Shown piece after piece: positions 18,717-27,089 of a stretch of DNA of 64,000 nt. Under the pieces are notes generated by a model. That model ran no database searches. It saw only the letters and a program-made list of their open reading frames with translations, and was not told where the DNA came from. The position numbers and the translations under genes were made by a program. The stretch lies in IMG/VR virus record IMGVR_UViG_3300037483_000742, positions 28,013 to 92,012 of that record; one strand, given 5' to 3'. The stretch's first letter is position 1; each line of letters starts with the position of its first letter. The stretch comes from a virus.

Positions 18717-18780
18717 CTCAACTGAATAGAGCATCACCCTTCTAAGGTGAGGGTTCTTGGTTTGAATCCAAGTGGGATCA
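18707..18780 (+). tRNA. tRNA-Arg (anticodon TCT)
   Basis: GGTCTCA/TGGGATC acceptor stem, GCTC/GAGC D-stem with A20, TCACC-CTTCTAA-GGTGA anticodon arm, CTTGG-TTTGAAT-CCAAG T-arm; no encoded CCA. Confidence 0.88.
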
Positions 18781-18807
18781 CAATTAACTTAATCAAAAAA
18801 TATTTCC

Positions 18808-19047
18808 ATGAGAAAAATGATATACATTATGATAGGATTATTTGTTCTGTACATAATTTTGGTAACTGTAGTTTACAACAGTAACGAACATTTTATTACT
18901 ATCAGATATTTTGACAATAACAATGAAAACTTTCAAATGGCAACTGAAATTATATCACAAGATGCTAATTGTATTAAATTCAAAAACGAATTTGGTATGA
19001 CACAAACAATTTGTGCTGAAAATATTTCTGTTACAGAATACAAATAA
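18808..19047 (+). CDS. Small membrane-anchored protein
   Basis: 79 aa, N-terminal TM helix. Confidence 0.6.
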   Translation: MRKMIYIMIGLFVLYIILVTVVYNSNEHFITIRYFDNNNENFQMATEIISQDANCIKFKNEFGMTQTICAENISVTEYK

Positions 19048-19055
19048 CAAATCTT

Positions 19056-19280
19056 ATGATAAATCCAGCAACAATTAAAGTAGGTGACAAAGTTTACTAT
19101 CAACCTGATCATTACAAAGCAGAAGATAAATATGAAAATGGTATTGTAAAAGAAGTACCAGAACATAGCACTGATTCTATTCGTGTAGTTTATAATTGTG
19201 CTGGTGATTGGAAGAATTATCAAAACTATACTTCTGCACTTACACATGTAAGAGATTTACATTTAGGTTGGAAACATTAA
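19056..19280 (+). CDS. Small SH3/KOW-like protein
   Basis: IKVGDKVYY...ENGIVKEV...IRVVY pattern. Confidence 0.6.
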   Translation: MINPATIKVGDKVYYQPDHYKAEDKYENGIVKEVPEHSTDSIRVVYNCAGDWKNYQNYTSALTHVRDLHLGWKH

Positions 19281-19295
19281 TTAAAAACTAAAGTT

Positions 19296-19814
19296 ATGAA
19301 AGTAATATTCTTAGACATTGATGGAGTACTTAATTTATGCTATGATTATTTACTTTCACAACAAGGTTTACCATCTCAAAGAGATGATTATGGTAGTTCT
19401 TTTCATCCACATTTTGTAGAAAATCTTAAAAGATTAATTGAAGAAACAGATGCTAAAATTGTTATCAGTAGTACTTGGAGGTTATCAGGTTTAAGTATCA
19501 TGAAAGAAATGTGGAAACATAGAAATCTTCCTGGAGAAATAATTGATATTACTCCTTGTTTTATGAGAACCAGAAATACTTCTCTTTGTAGAGGGGATGA
19601 AATTCAAGAATGGTTAAATAATCATATTGAAGTAACAAATTATGTTTACATTGATGATGATCATGTTGATGTAAATGAAAATCAATTACCATATTTTATT
19701 AAGACTGCTGATAATTGTGATCACATAGATCATGTTCAAGGTTATGGTCTTACTAAAGAATGTACTGAAAAAGCAATTCAAATATTAAAAACATTGCCGT
19801 ATAGTAGAGCGTAA
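19296..19814 (+). CDS. HAD-superfamily phosphatase (Swiss Army Knife RNA-repair-like HAD)
   Basis: KVIFLDIDGVLN, KIVISSTWR, RGDEIQEWL, YVYIDDD. Confidence 0.85.
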   Translation: MKVIFLDIDGVLNLCYDYLLSQQGLPSQRDDYGSSFHPHFVENLKRLIEETDAKIVISSTWRLSGLSIMKEMWKHRNLPGEIIDITPCFMRTRNTSLCRGDEIQEWLNNHIEVTNYVYIDDDHVDVNENQLPYFIKTADNCDHIDHVQGYGLTKECTEKAIQILKTLPYSRA

Positions 19815-19902
19815 AAGGTAGAGGAGTAATGTCCATTGTATACAAGTTAGCATGGTAATGGCTTGTACAAGATACCACCATGAGCTTCTGTTATACGGCA
19901 GT
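19793..19902 (+). ncRNA. Candidate pseudoknotted RNA
   Basis: 18 bp closing stem, three internal helices, loop CATGGT (19851-19856) complementary to ACCATG (19877-19882). Confidence 0.5.
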
Positions 19903-19943
19903 ACCATTGTTCTCCCTGGCTTACAGGTGTAGTCCAATAACAC

Positions 19944-19977
19944 AAAAACCCTTTGAGAGAAATCTCAAGGGGTTTTT
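19944..19977 (+). terminator. Rho-independent terminator
   Basis: AAAAACCCTTTGAGA-GAAA-TCTCAAGGGGTTTTT. Confidence 0.7.
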
Positions 19978-19982
19978 ATATT

Positions 19983-20056
19983 TCCTTCTTAGCTCAGTTG
20001 GTTAGAGCATCGCACTGTTAATGCGAGGGTCACTGGTTCAAGTCCAGTAGGGGGAG
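19983..20056 (+). tRNA. tRNA-Asn (anticodon GTT)
   Basis: TCCTTCT/AGGGGGA acceptor stem, AGCTCAGTTGGTTAGAGC D-arm, TCGCA-CTGTTAA-TGCGA, ACTGG-TTCAAGT-CCAGT, discriminator G; no CCA. Confidence 0.92.
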
Positions 20057-20070
20057 CAAAAATCAATATT

Positions 20071-20244
20071 ATGACAAAAGCTAAATTTAAAACATTCAAA
20101 GAGATAACAAACTATCATACTTTCTTGTATGGAAATCTTTGGCATTTTGTAACACCGACAAAGACAACTAAGAAAGTATTAAGTAGAATTTTAGCATTCA
20201 GACAAATGAATACTACTAAGCTTACTGAATATGGAAAGAATTAA
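20071..20244 (+). CDS. Hypothetical 57 aa basic protein
   Basis: Read by hand: MTKAKFKTFKEITNYHTFLYGNLWHF... Confidence 0.45.
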   Translation: MTKAKFKTFKEITNYHTFLYGNLWHFVTPTKTTKKVLSRILAFRQMNTTKLTEYGKN

Positions 20245-20396
20245 ATATTTCTGAAGGACAAACAATTAAAAACTGAGAACCAGTTCAGAAATTTATTCTT
20301 ACATACACAACTATAATTTTTCCGAGGCTGGAGATTAATTGGATGAAAGACCTATTCCTATTATGGTTGTGTATGTAATAATTTATTAAACATGTT

Positions 20397-20540
20397 ATGA
20401 AATCACCTAAACAAATTGTTGAAGAATTAAATGATCTTAAAGAACATATCTATGCTTTAGGTTCAGAATACTCTGATGCTTATTCTAGTGTCGATGATGC
20501 AGTTGACATTATCAATAAAGTAAAAGAAGAGGAAGAATAA
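20397..20540 (+). CDS. Hypothetical 47 aa acidic helical protein
   Basis: Read by hand: MKSPKQIVEELNDLKEHIYALGSEYSDAYSSVDDAVDIINKVKEEEE. Confidence 0.5.
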   Translation: MKSPKQIVEELNDLKEHIYALGSEYSDAYSSVDDAVDIINKVKEEEE

Positions 20541-20546
20541 AAACTA

Positions 20547-20750
20547 GCCCTGAATAATGATCATGTTTTATCTTGCATAAAAGATGAATCCTCTTGTTGT
20601 ATATAGAGTCCATTGCTTGAAGAGGCAAACTGTATACTGACTGAATTACAATTGCAACAGCCTAACATGGAAGGTGTGTTAAAGGTATGAAAGTTTCAGG
20701 CATAAGTCAGAGAGATAGAAGGTAACCGCCTGTATTATCTCTCTGACTTT
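20547..20750 (+). ncRNA. Candidate multi-branch RNA followed by a long hairpin
   Basis: CCTGAA/TTCAGG closing stem around several hairpins, then AAGTCAGAGAGATAG...TTATCTCTCTGACTT. Confidence 0.35.
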
Positions 20751-20781
20751 CATTTTAACCTATTTTAAATCCACCCACATT

Positions 20782-21585
20782 ATGCCACAACCAGTAAAAT
20801 TATTTTGTGTTAGTTGTTTAAATCATACACAACACATGCCAGGAGGAAATCCATTAGCTATGAATTGTGGCTGTGGTCAAATTTTTGTTGATCAATCTAA
20901 AAATACAATTCACAGAAATTTAGAAGCTATTGTAATGGTTGCAAAACATGAAGCTAAAGAGCATAATTGCAACTATAATATCATCTTAATGAATCCTGTT
21001 GAAGGAGAATTAGGTGAAAGTAGTACTTATGAAATGGTTGCTGATTCTTATTTTGAAAAAGAAAGACCAAATGTAAAATTAATAGCAACTACATTACAAT
21101 TAGGTGTTATTGTTTATGATGAATGGTTGAAATATACTGAATATGAAAAAGCAGAATGTGATATTAAATTACATGATGGTACAATAATTTATCATTGTTA
21201 TCCTAATGCAGGAAAGTTTAATCCTATGTGTGCTGATTCAATTCAAGAAATTCCAGAAGATCAAGTTAAAGAAATAATGTATCGTAAATATTACTTAGAA
21301 GGTTTGTGTAAGAGTAATAAATACAATTGCAATAAAATCGAAGGGAATGACAAAGAAGCTAGAAATCAACTTGGTGATCCAGGTGAACAGTTTGCTCATT
21401 ATGATCATGAAGTTAACAAAATCATAGATCATTTTAGTAATACAAGACATTATTCGGATGGAGGTAGAGCTATGAAAGCAGATATGACCAGAAGATTTGT
21501 TTCTGTAAGAACTGAACCTAAGATTGGAAGAAATGAACCATGTACTTGTGGTTCTGGTAAAAAATATAAGAAGTGTTGCATGTAG
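20782..21585 (+). CDS. SEC-C motif (zinc-binding) protein
   Basis: C-terminal KIGRNEPCTCGSGKKYKKCC; N-terminal CxxC...CxC. Confidence 0.8.
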   Translation: MPQPVKLFCVSCLNHTQHMPGGNPLAMNCGCGQIFVDQSKNTIHRNLEAIVMVAKHEAKEHNCNYNIILMNPVEGELGESSTYEMVADSYFEKERPNVKLIATTLQLGVIVYDEWLKYTEYEKAECDIKLHDGTIIYHCYPNAGKFNPMCADSIQEIPEDQVKEIMYRKYYLEGLCKSNKYNCNKIEGNDKEARNQLGDPGEQFAHYDHEVNKIIDHFSNTRHYSDGGRAMKADMTRRFVSVRTEPKIGRNEPCTCGSGKKYKKCCM

Positions 21586-21612
21586 CAACACTTCTTTTTT
21601 AAAACATTAATT

Positions 21613-23874
21613 ATGGGAATGTATAAATCAGTTTGTAAACTGTGTGACAAACCTTTTATGTGGCACAGTTCAACAGGTTTCAGTGACATTTGCTATGATT
21701 GTAGAAAAATAAACCTTCAGATACGAAATGATAGTAGTACTGAATTAAATCAAAAAAATAAAATGATAGAATTAAACAAACAACTTGCAATACAATTTGA
21801 AAAAATGTGTGCAACTGGTAAATTATTTAGGTCTGAAATTACCGGACAACAGATATGGGATTTGTATATCTCATCTTTTCCTAAAGAACAGAATCCTATT
21901 TTCAGAGACCCAAACAGCTCACAACATAATTGTAATCTGTGTAATAACTTTTTACGTAGATATGGCAATATTGTAGCTATTGATGAGAATTTGAAGATAA
22001 TGACAATTTTTGATATTGAAGTTGATGAAGAATATTCAGCAACTATTCAAACTTTAAGTACAAAATTAAAGAAAGCAAAAATTGCTGAAATATTCCTTGA
22101 AACATTTCAAGAGCTTAATTCATTACCGTATGAATCTTGCACTAAAACAAATACAGTTTTTCAATTAGGAACAGCTAAAAATCATAAACGTTATACAAAA
22201 GAAGAAGCTGAAAAATTTGGTGTAGTAAAACCAGATGAAATTCGTTCTTTTCATCACATGCATTTATTTTTACCTAAAATGTTTGTTGATATAACTGGTA
22301 ATTCTGTTGAATCAATTATGGCTGGTTACAGAGATGCTAAGAATGTATTTCAAAGAGCAATGGAAGAAATCTCTTTAGACACTTTAAAATTGGTGCGTGA
22401 CCTTATTAATCAAGGATCACTTCTTAATGGAGAAGCACATTTAAAGAAAATAGAAGAGATTATACCACTCAAAGAACAATATGATTCTTTAGCAGCTAAA
22501 GACCACAATAACTGGTGTTGGATTGTCAGCTACAGATTGCCTTATGCTAAATTCAAGAATGAACTTATTGGTGTTTTATGTTCAGAATTATCTGAAGGTA
22601 AAGAGTTGAATGAAGCTTGTCAAGCTTGGAACAAAAGAGTTGATCCAGCTAATTATATGAAAGCAACAGCTCCTATTACTAAAAAACAAATTGAAGAAGC
22701 AAAAACTTTTGTTGAAGAAAATGGTTATTCTGAATCATTTGATAGAAGATGCGCAACACTTACAGACATTAAGGTTGATGAAATAAAACATATCAATGCT
22801 GGTGATGGTAAAGTAAAATCAGTATCTGTATTTGACAGTGTTAAAGCAACTAGTACACGTCATAAGAGAAGCGAATTTGATGGTCTTGAAGAAGTTACTA
22901 TTGATAAATTCATGAAAGATATTCTTCCAACATGTACTTCTGTCGAAGCTTATTTAAGTAATCGTCATGAAAAGAATATGGTCACAATGACCACTACTAA
23001 CAGACCAGAAAGTAAACCTATTTTCAAATGGGATAATAATTACTCCTGGACATTTAATGGCAATCTTGCTGGTAAATCAGAAATCAAAGAAGCTGTTAAA
23101 TCTGAAGGTGGTAAAATAGATGGTGTTCTAAGATTCTCTATTATCTGGAATCAAGATGGTAAAGATATTCTTGATTTTGATGCTCATTGTAAAGAGCCTA
23201 GTGGAAGTGAAATCTACTTTAGCAATAAAGTAAGCAGAATCAGCGGGGGAACCTTAGATGTAGATATGATCAGACCTTCAAAATTAGGTGTTGAAAATAT
23301 TACATGGCAATCTTTATCAAAGATGAAAGAAGGAGTCTATAAATTCTGGATTAGAAACTTTGATGGAGGTTCAAATAAAGGTTTTAAAGCTGAAATTGAA
23401 TTTGATGGACAGATATTTTTATATGAGTATAATACTCCAGTGTCAGGTAGTAAAAAAGATATAATTATCGCTGAAGTAACTCTTAAAGATGGTCAATTTT
23501 CAATTAAGCATATAACTCCTGAATCAGCAGTTTCTTCTAAAGATATTTATGCTTTAGAATCAAATCAATTTCATAAAGTAAACCTAGTTTGCTTATCTCC
23601 GAATCATTGGGGAAAAAATGAAATTGGTAATAAGCATTATTTCTTTATGCTTGAAGGTTGTAAATCACCTGTATCATTACGTAGTTTTCATAACGAGAAT
23701 CTTAATGCAGAATTACTTGGTCACAGAAAAGTGATGGAAGTATTAGGCAATACAACTCATATTGAATCTATAGATAATCAATTATCAGGTCTTGGTTTCA
23801 ATGCAACTGTAAGAGATGAGGTAATCGTTAAACTTGGCGGTACTCATAAAAGAATGATCAAAATCAAGTTTTAA
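21613..23874 (+). CDS. Large phage protein with YfaP/DUF2135- or TerD-like beta domain
   Basis: 753 aa; HNCNLC metal motif; LRFSIIWN...DFDAHCKEPSG.EIYF...GTLDVD...VENITW; alternative start 21763. Confidence 0.7.
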   Translation: MGMYKSVCKLCDKPFMWHSSTGFSDICYDCRKINLQIRNDSSTELNQKNKMIELNKQLAIQFEKMCATGKLFRSEITGQQIWDLYISSFPKEQNPIFRDPNSSQHNCNLCNNFLRRYGNIVAIDENLKIMTIFDIEVDEEYSATIQTLSTKLKKAKIAEIFLETFQELNSLPYESCTKTNTVFQLGTAKNHKRYTKEEAEKFGVVKPDEIRSFHHMHLFLPKMFVDITGNSVESIMAGYRDAKNVFQRAMEEISLDTLKLVRDLINQGSLLNGEAHLKKIEEIIPLKEQYDSLAAKDHNNWCWIVSYRLPYAKFKNELIGVLCSELSEGKELNEACQAWNKRVDPANYMKATAPITKKQIEEAKTFVEENGYSESFDRRCATLTDIKVDEIKHINAGDGKVKSVSVFDSVKATSTRHKRSEFDGLEEVTIDKFMKDILPTCTSVEAYLSNRHEKNMVTMTTTNRPESKPIFKWDNNYSWTFNGNLAGKSEIKEAVKSEGGKIDGVLRFSIIWNQDGKDILDFDAHCKEPSGSEIYFSNKVSRISGGTLDVDMIRPSKLGVENITWQSLSKMKEGVYKFWIRNFDGGSNKGFKAEIEFDGQIFLYEYNTPVSGSKKDIIIAEVTLKDGQFSIKHITPESAVSSKDIYALESNQFHKVNLVCLSPNHWGKNEIGNKHYFFMLEGCKSPVSLRSFHNENLNAELLGHRKVMEVLGNTTHIESIDNQLSGLGFNATVRDEVIVKLGGTHKRMIKIKF

Positions 23875-23893
23875 ACTAACTAAATAAAAAATC

Positions 23894-24268
23894 ATGGCAA
23901 ATAATTTTAAAGAGGCAGTAGTAAATAAAACTCGTGTCCAAACTCCAAAAGGAGCATTAAGTGCAGAACAATTATGTGAACTATCTATTCCAGAATTAGA
24001 TGGTTTAGCTGTTGAATTGGAAGAAGCTTATAAAGAATCAGGTAAGAAGTCTTTTGTAACTAAAAGTTCTGCTAAAAGCAAAGAAGCTAAACATAAGTTT
24101 GATTTAGTTCTTGAAATTCTGCAAATGAAAGTTGAAGAGCAAGAAATTGCTGCTGAGAAATTAGAAAACAAACAGCACAATGAAAGAATCCTTGAACTCA
24201 TTGCAGGTAAACAAGATGAAGAGCTGAAAGGTTTATCTATTGCTGAATTGAAGAAAAAACTTAAATAA
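23894..24268 (+). CDS. Coiled-coil partner protein of the preceding gene
   Basis: 124 aa, TPKGALSAEQLCELS motif then a long coiled coil. Confidence 0.7.
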   Translation: MANNFKEAVVNKTRVQTPKGALSAEQLCELSIPELDGLAVELEEAYKESGKKSFVTKSSAKSKEAKHKFDLVLEILQMKVEEQEIAAEKLENKQHNERILELIAGKQDEELKGLSIAELKKKLK

Positions 24269-24279
24269 CATTTAAGATA

Positions 24280-24350
24280 TGTCTCATCGTCTAGGGGTAG
24301 GACGCAAGCTTTTGGTGCTTGAAACTCAGGTTCGATTCCTGGTGAGACAT
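24280..24350 (+). tRNA. tRNA-Gln (anticodon TTG)
   Basis: TGTCTCA/TGAGACA acceptor stem, GTC/GAC D-stem, CAAGC-TTTTGGT-GCTTG, TCAGG-TTCGATT-CCTGG; no CCA. Confidence 0.9.
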
Positions 24351-24369
24351 CACAAACCATCAACAAATT

Positions 24370-25098
24370 ATGAGATCAGACTTACAACTATTCATTAGAA
24401 GAACTAAAACCAGTTTAGTGCCAGAGAAAGATAATGTTGTTAAAGAAACTATGAGATATGTTTCCCAATTCTTTTTTGAAAGACAACAACATCAAATAAC
24501 ATTTCTTACTTTACCTAGTGCATGGTGGAAATTTGAAATGAATATGCAGAATCATATTAGTGGAGTGTATGGAGGAAATAATTTAACACCACCTTATCTA
24601 AGATTTATTGGATTTGAAAGAGAGTGGAAAATATTTCAACTAGCAAGTATCAATATTCCAAAAGATACTTATAACAGACCATTACAATGTAAAAGAGATG
24701 AAGAGCTAAATTGTTCTATAGTCACAAACAGTAACAAACATGTATTGTATAATTGTGATGTATTTGAATATCTAAAATTAGCAAAAAGCAGAAAAGTTGA
24801 AGATGATCATAGATGTGATGTTGTATGGTTAGACCTTACAGTAGCTATTACACATGTAGCAGAAAAATTACATCATATCAAAAATGTAATGAAGAAAGAT
24901 TCTATTGTTATATTAACCTTAATGAAAGCCAGGGAGCATTTAAAATTACCTTTGGAAAGAGAGGAATATATTGATAGTATTATGCTTCCATTAGGTCTTG
25001 AAAAGATAAAAACATTTGTCTATAAAGATACCACACCAATGATTCATATTATTTACAAACAATCAGATCAAACTGTATACAAACAGGATGTTCTTTAA
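24370..25098 (+). CDS. Putative Rossmann-fold SAM-dependent methyltransferase-like protein
   Basis: ITFLTLPS, FIGFERE, NCDVFEY, DVVWLDLT, IVILTL and YKDTTPM strand order. Confidence 0.5.
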   Translation: MRSDLQLFIRRTKTSLVPEKDNVVKETMRYVSQFFFERQQHQITFLTLPSAWWKFEMNMQNHISGVYGGNNLTPPYLRFIGFEREWKIFQLASINIPKDTYNRPLQCKRDEELNCSIVTNSNKHVLYNCDVFEYLKLAKSRKVEDDHRCDVVWLDLTVAITHVAEKLHHIKNVMKKDSIVILTLMKAREHLKLPLEREEYIDSIMLPLGLEKIKTFVYKDTTPMIHIIYKQSDQTVYKQDVL

Positions 25099-25108
25099 AA
25101 CAAAAACT

Positions 25109-25345
25109 ATGCTGAAAATTGAAATAACTGGTAAAACTAAACCTAGATTAGATTTTCCAAAATTAATGATATTTGAAGAAGAGGGAGAAAAAACTATCAT
25201 TCTTGCTTTTAAACAAGAAAGTGGGAACATCTGGGGAACAGTTATAGAATCCACTAATGAAGATGAAAAAATTGGTTATCATAGTCAACGTTGGAATAGT
25301 GATAAATTTAAAGACTTTGTTGGAACAGTAACTATCAAAAGTTAA
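25109..25345 (+). CDS. Hypothetical protein
   Basis: Likely start 25109 (track 25088). Confidence 0.55.
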   Translation: MLKIEITGKTKPRLDFPKLMIFEEEGEKTIILAFKQESGNIWGTVIESTNEDEKIGYHSQRWNSDKFKDFVGTVTIKS

Positions 25346-25475
25346 AACCTATTAGACTGTCTTATTCATTAAGACACGACAGATGAAAATGAGAGAGATA
25401 GTGAGTAATTCATAATTATGAAAGTAACATGATTATCTCTCTCATTTATTTAAAAACCTATTAAACACAAAAAAC

Positions 25476-25805
25476 ATGAATACTACAAATTTCAGTTTTA
25501 CAGTAATAGCTAAGTTGGATTTATCTCATACAAATGGAGATAAAACATCTAAGCATGAAGGATTATCTTTTCTATTAGAACCGAGTGAAAATCTTTTTGC
25601 TCCTCAATACATAGACAAAGAAGGATTACCAACTAAAGAAGGTAGTGAAGTAATTATGAAAGTTCTTGTTTCTGCTTTAGCAGCTAATATTCATACCTCA
25701 CATCAAAGTGTGTTCAAAGATAAAGAAGAACACTTAAAAGAAGTTATCAAAAGATTAGAAGAACAAGTTGCTTTAGAAGCTATAGCAAAAAAATCTATGA
25801 TGTAG
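25476..25805 (+). CDS. Hypothetical protein
   Basis: 109 aa ORF. Confidence 0.65.
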   Translation: MNTTNFSFTVIAKLDLSHTNGDKTSKHEGLSFLLEPSENLFAPQYIDKEGLPTKEGSEVIMKVLVSALAANIHTSHQSVFKDKEEHLKEVIKRLEEQVALEAIAKKSMM

Positions 25806-25806
25806 T

Positions 25807-26241
25807 ATGGAAGATGTATTGATTTCATTTGAAACTGCACAATTGGCTAAAGAGAAAAAATTTGATCTTGAAGTTCAAGCTATGACAGTTGGAAAAGATT
25901 ATCCAATTGTGTTTAATCCACAAGAAGAATCACCATACAATTGGAATAGTAAAGCAGGATATTCTATACCTACACAATCTTTATTACAAAAGTGGTTAAG
26001 AGAAAAGCATAAAATAATACTTTTTGTGCAACATGAAATTATTGATTCTTCTGAATCTGCTTATACTTGGGCTATAAAAATTTATATTCCAGATGGAATT
26101 GAAGGTACAAGTAAAAAAAGAGAATCTGATTTTTGGAAACGTATGGATTCTTTTAATCATGAACAAGCTTGGTGGAAGAGTTATGAAGAAGCTTTAGAAA
26201 AAGGATTACAAAAAAGTTTGAAATTATGCAAGAACAATTAA
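25807..26241 (+). CDS. Hypothetical protein, paralog 1 (ISFETA...PTQ..LQKWLR...YEEALE)
   Basis: Shares three motifs with the next ORF. Confidence 0.7.
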   Translation: MEDVLISFETAQLAKEKKFDLEVQAMTVGKDYPIVFNPQEESPYNWNSKAGYSIPTQSLLQKWLREKHKIILFVQHEIIDSSESAYTWAIKIYIPDGIEGTSKKRESDFWKRMDSFNHEQAWWKSYEEALEKGLQKSLKLCKNN

Positions 26242-26585
26242 TATCATTTGAAACAGCAATATTAGCTAAACAGAAAGGATTTAATTTAATGGTACAGTTT
26301 GCTTATGATCTTAAAGGAGAAATAACTACTGCTACTAATTTAAAATATTTTGCTCCTACACAACCTTTTTTACAGAAATGGCTCAGAGATGCTAAAGGAA
26401 TAGAAATAACAATCATTCCTAATTACATTTATATTGTCTTCCCTTTAAAAAGAATGACAGATGCATTAGATAAATTAGAAAAAGATCAAACAATTGATCT
26501 TTTAGATTTAGCTAGTGAAATTGAATACAAAACTTATGAAGAAGCACTTGAAGTAGCATTAGTTGAAGCATTAAAACTTATTTAA
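26226..26585 (+). CDS. Hypothetical protein, paralog 2
   Basis: Shares three motifs with the previous ORF. Confidence 0.7.
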   Translation: MQEQLISFETAILAKQKGFNLMVQFAYDLKGEITTATNLKYFAPTQPFLQKWLRDAKGIEITIIPNYIYIVFPLKRMTDALDKLEKDQTIDLLDLASEIEYKTYEEALEVALVEALKLI

Positions 26586-26586
26586 C

Positions 26587-26844
26587 ATGAAAAAAGGAGA
26601 TATAGTTAAATGTATTGATGATAAAAATCAACCTGAAGGAGCATGTGTTGTTGAAGGACAAGATTATGTTGTAATCTCAAGCAGGATGAATGATTATGGT
26701 CAAAGAATTGTATTTCTTGAAGGTGTTCCTAATAATGGTAGAACCAGTAAAGGATTAGAATGGAATGGCTATAATGCCAAAAGATTTGGTACTCCAATTA
26801 ATTCTTCAGTTGAAGTAGAAGAAACAGAATTTGCTACAGCTTAA
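26587..26844 (+). CDS. Small SH3-like protein
   Basis: MKKGDIVKCIDD...GQDYVV...YNAKRF. Confidence 0.6.
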   Translation: MKKGDIVKCIDDKNQPEGACVVEGQDYVVISSRMNDYGQRIVFLEGVPNNGRTSKGLEWNGYNAKRFGTPINSSVEVEETEFATA

Positions 26845-26906
26845 AAATCTTACAGTTAGAGTGTTTCCAATTGAAAAATATTGGTACAAATATTCTATTG
26901 TTTGAA

Positions 26907-27084
26907 AGCTTATAGAGTATGCTGCACACAAATCTGGGAAGGCAGCACTAAGCTATTCCAGGACCACTGAGCATTGTTTTGACATCATTTAACTGGACTT
27001 TATACTTTTAAATGTTGTAGAATGGCTGACGAGATTCAGAAACAATGTGGATAGAAGGGATAAACAAGGCTTTATAAGTTTTTT
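26907..27084 (+). ncRNA. Candidate structured RNA
   Basis: AGCTTATAGAGT/GCTTTATAAGTT closing stem, TGCTGC/GCAGCA and GCATTGTTTTGA/TCAGAAACAATGT helices, T-run after. Confidence 0.45.
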
Positions 27085-27089
27085 GAAAT

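Noticed and set aside
18734-18750. CTA in the tRNA anticodon loop suggesting an amber suppressor and a recoded genome
   Set aside because: The 7 nt loop CTTCTAA centres on TCT (Arg) and A20 is present. Long genes are intact under the standard code, and TAG and TGA serve as stops.
19817-19830. GGTAGAGG resembling the start of a lysine riboswitch
   Set aside because: The element is too short and lacks the remaining conserved blocks.
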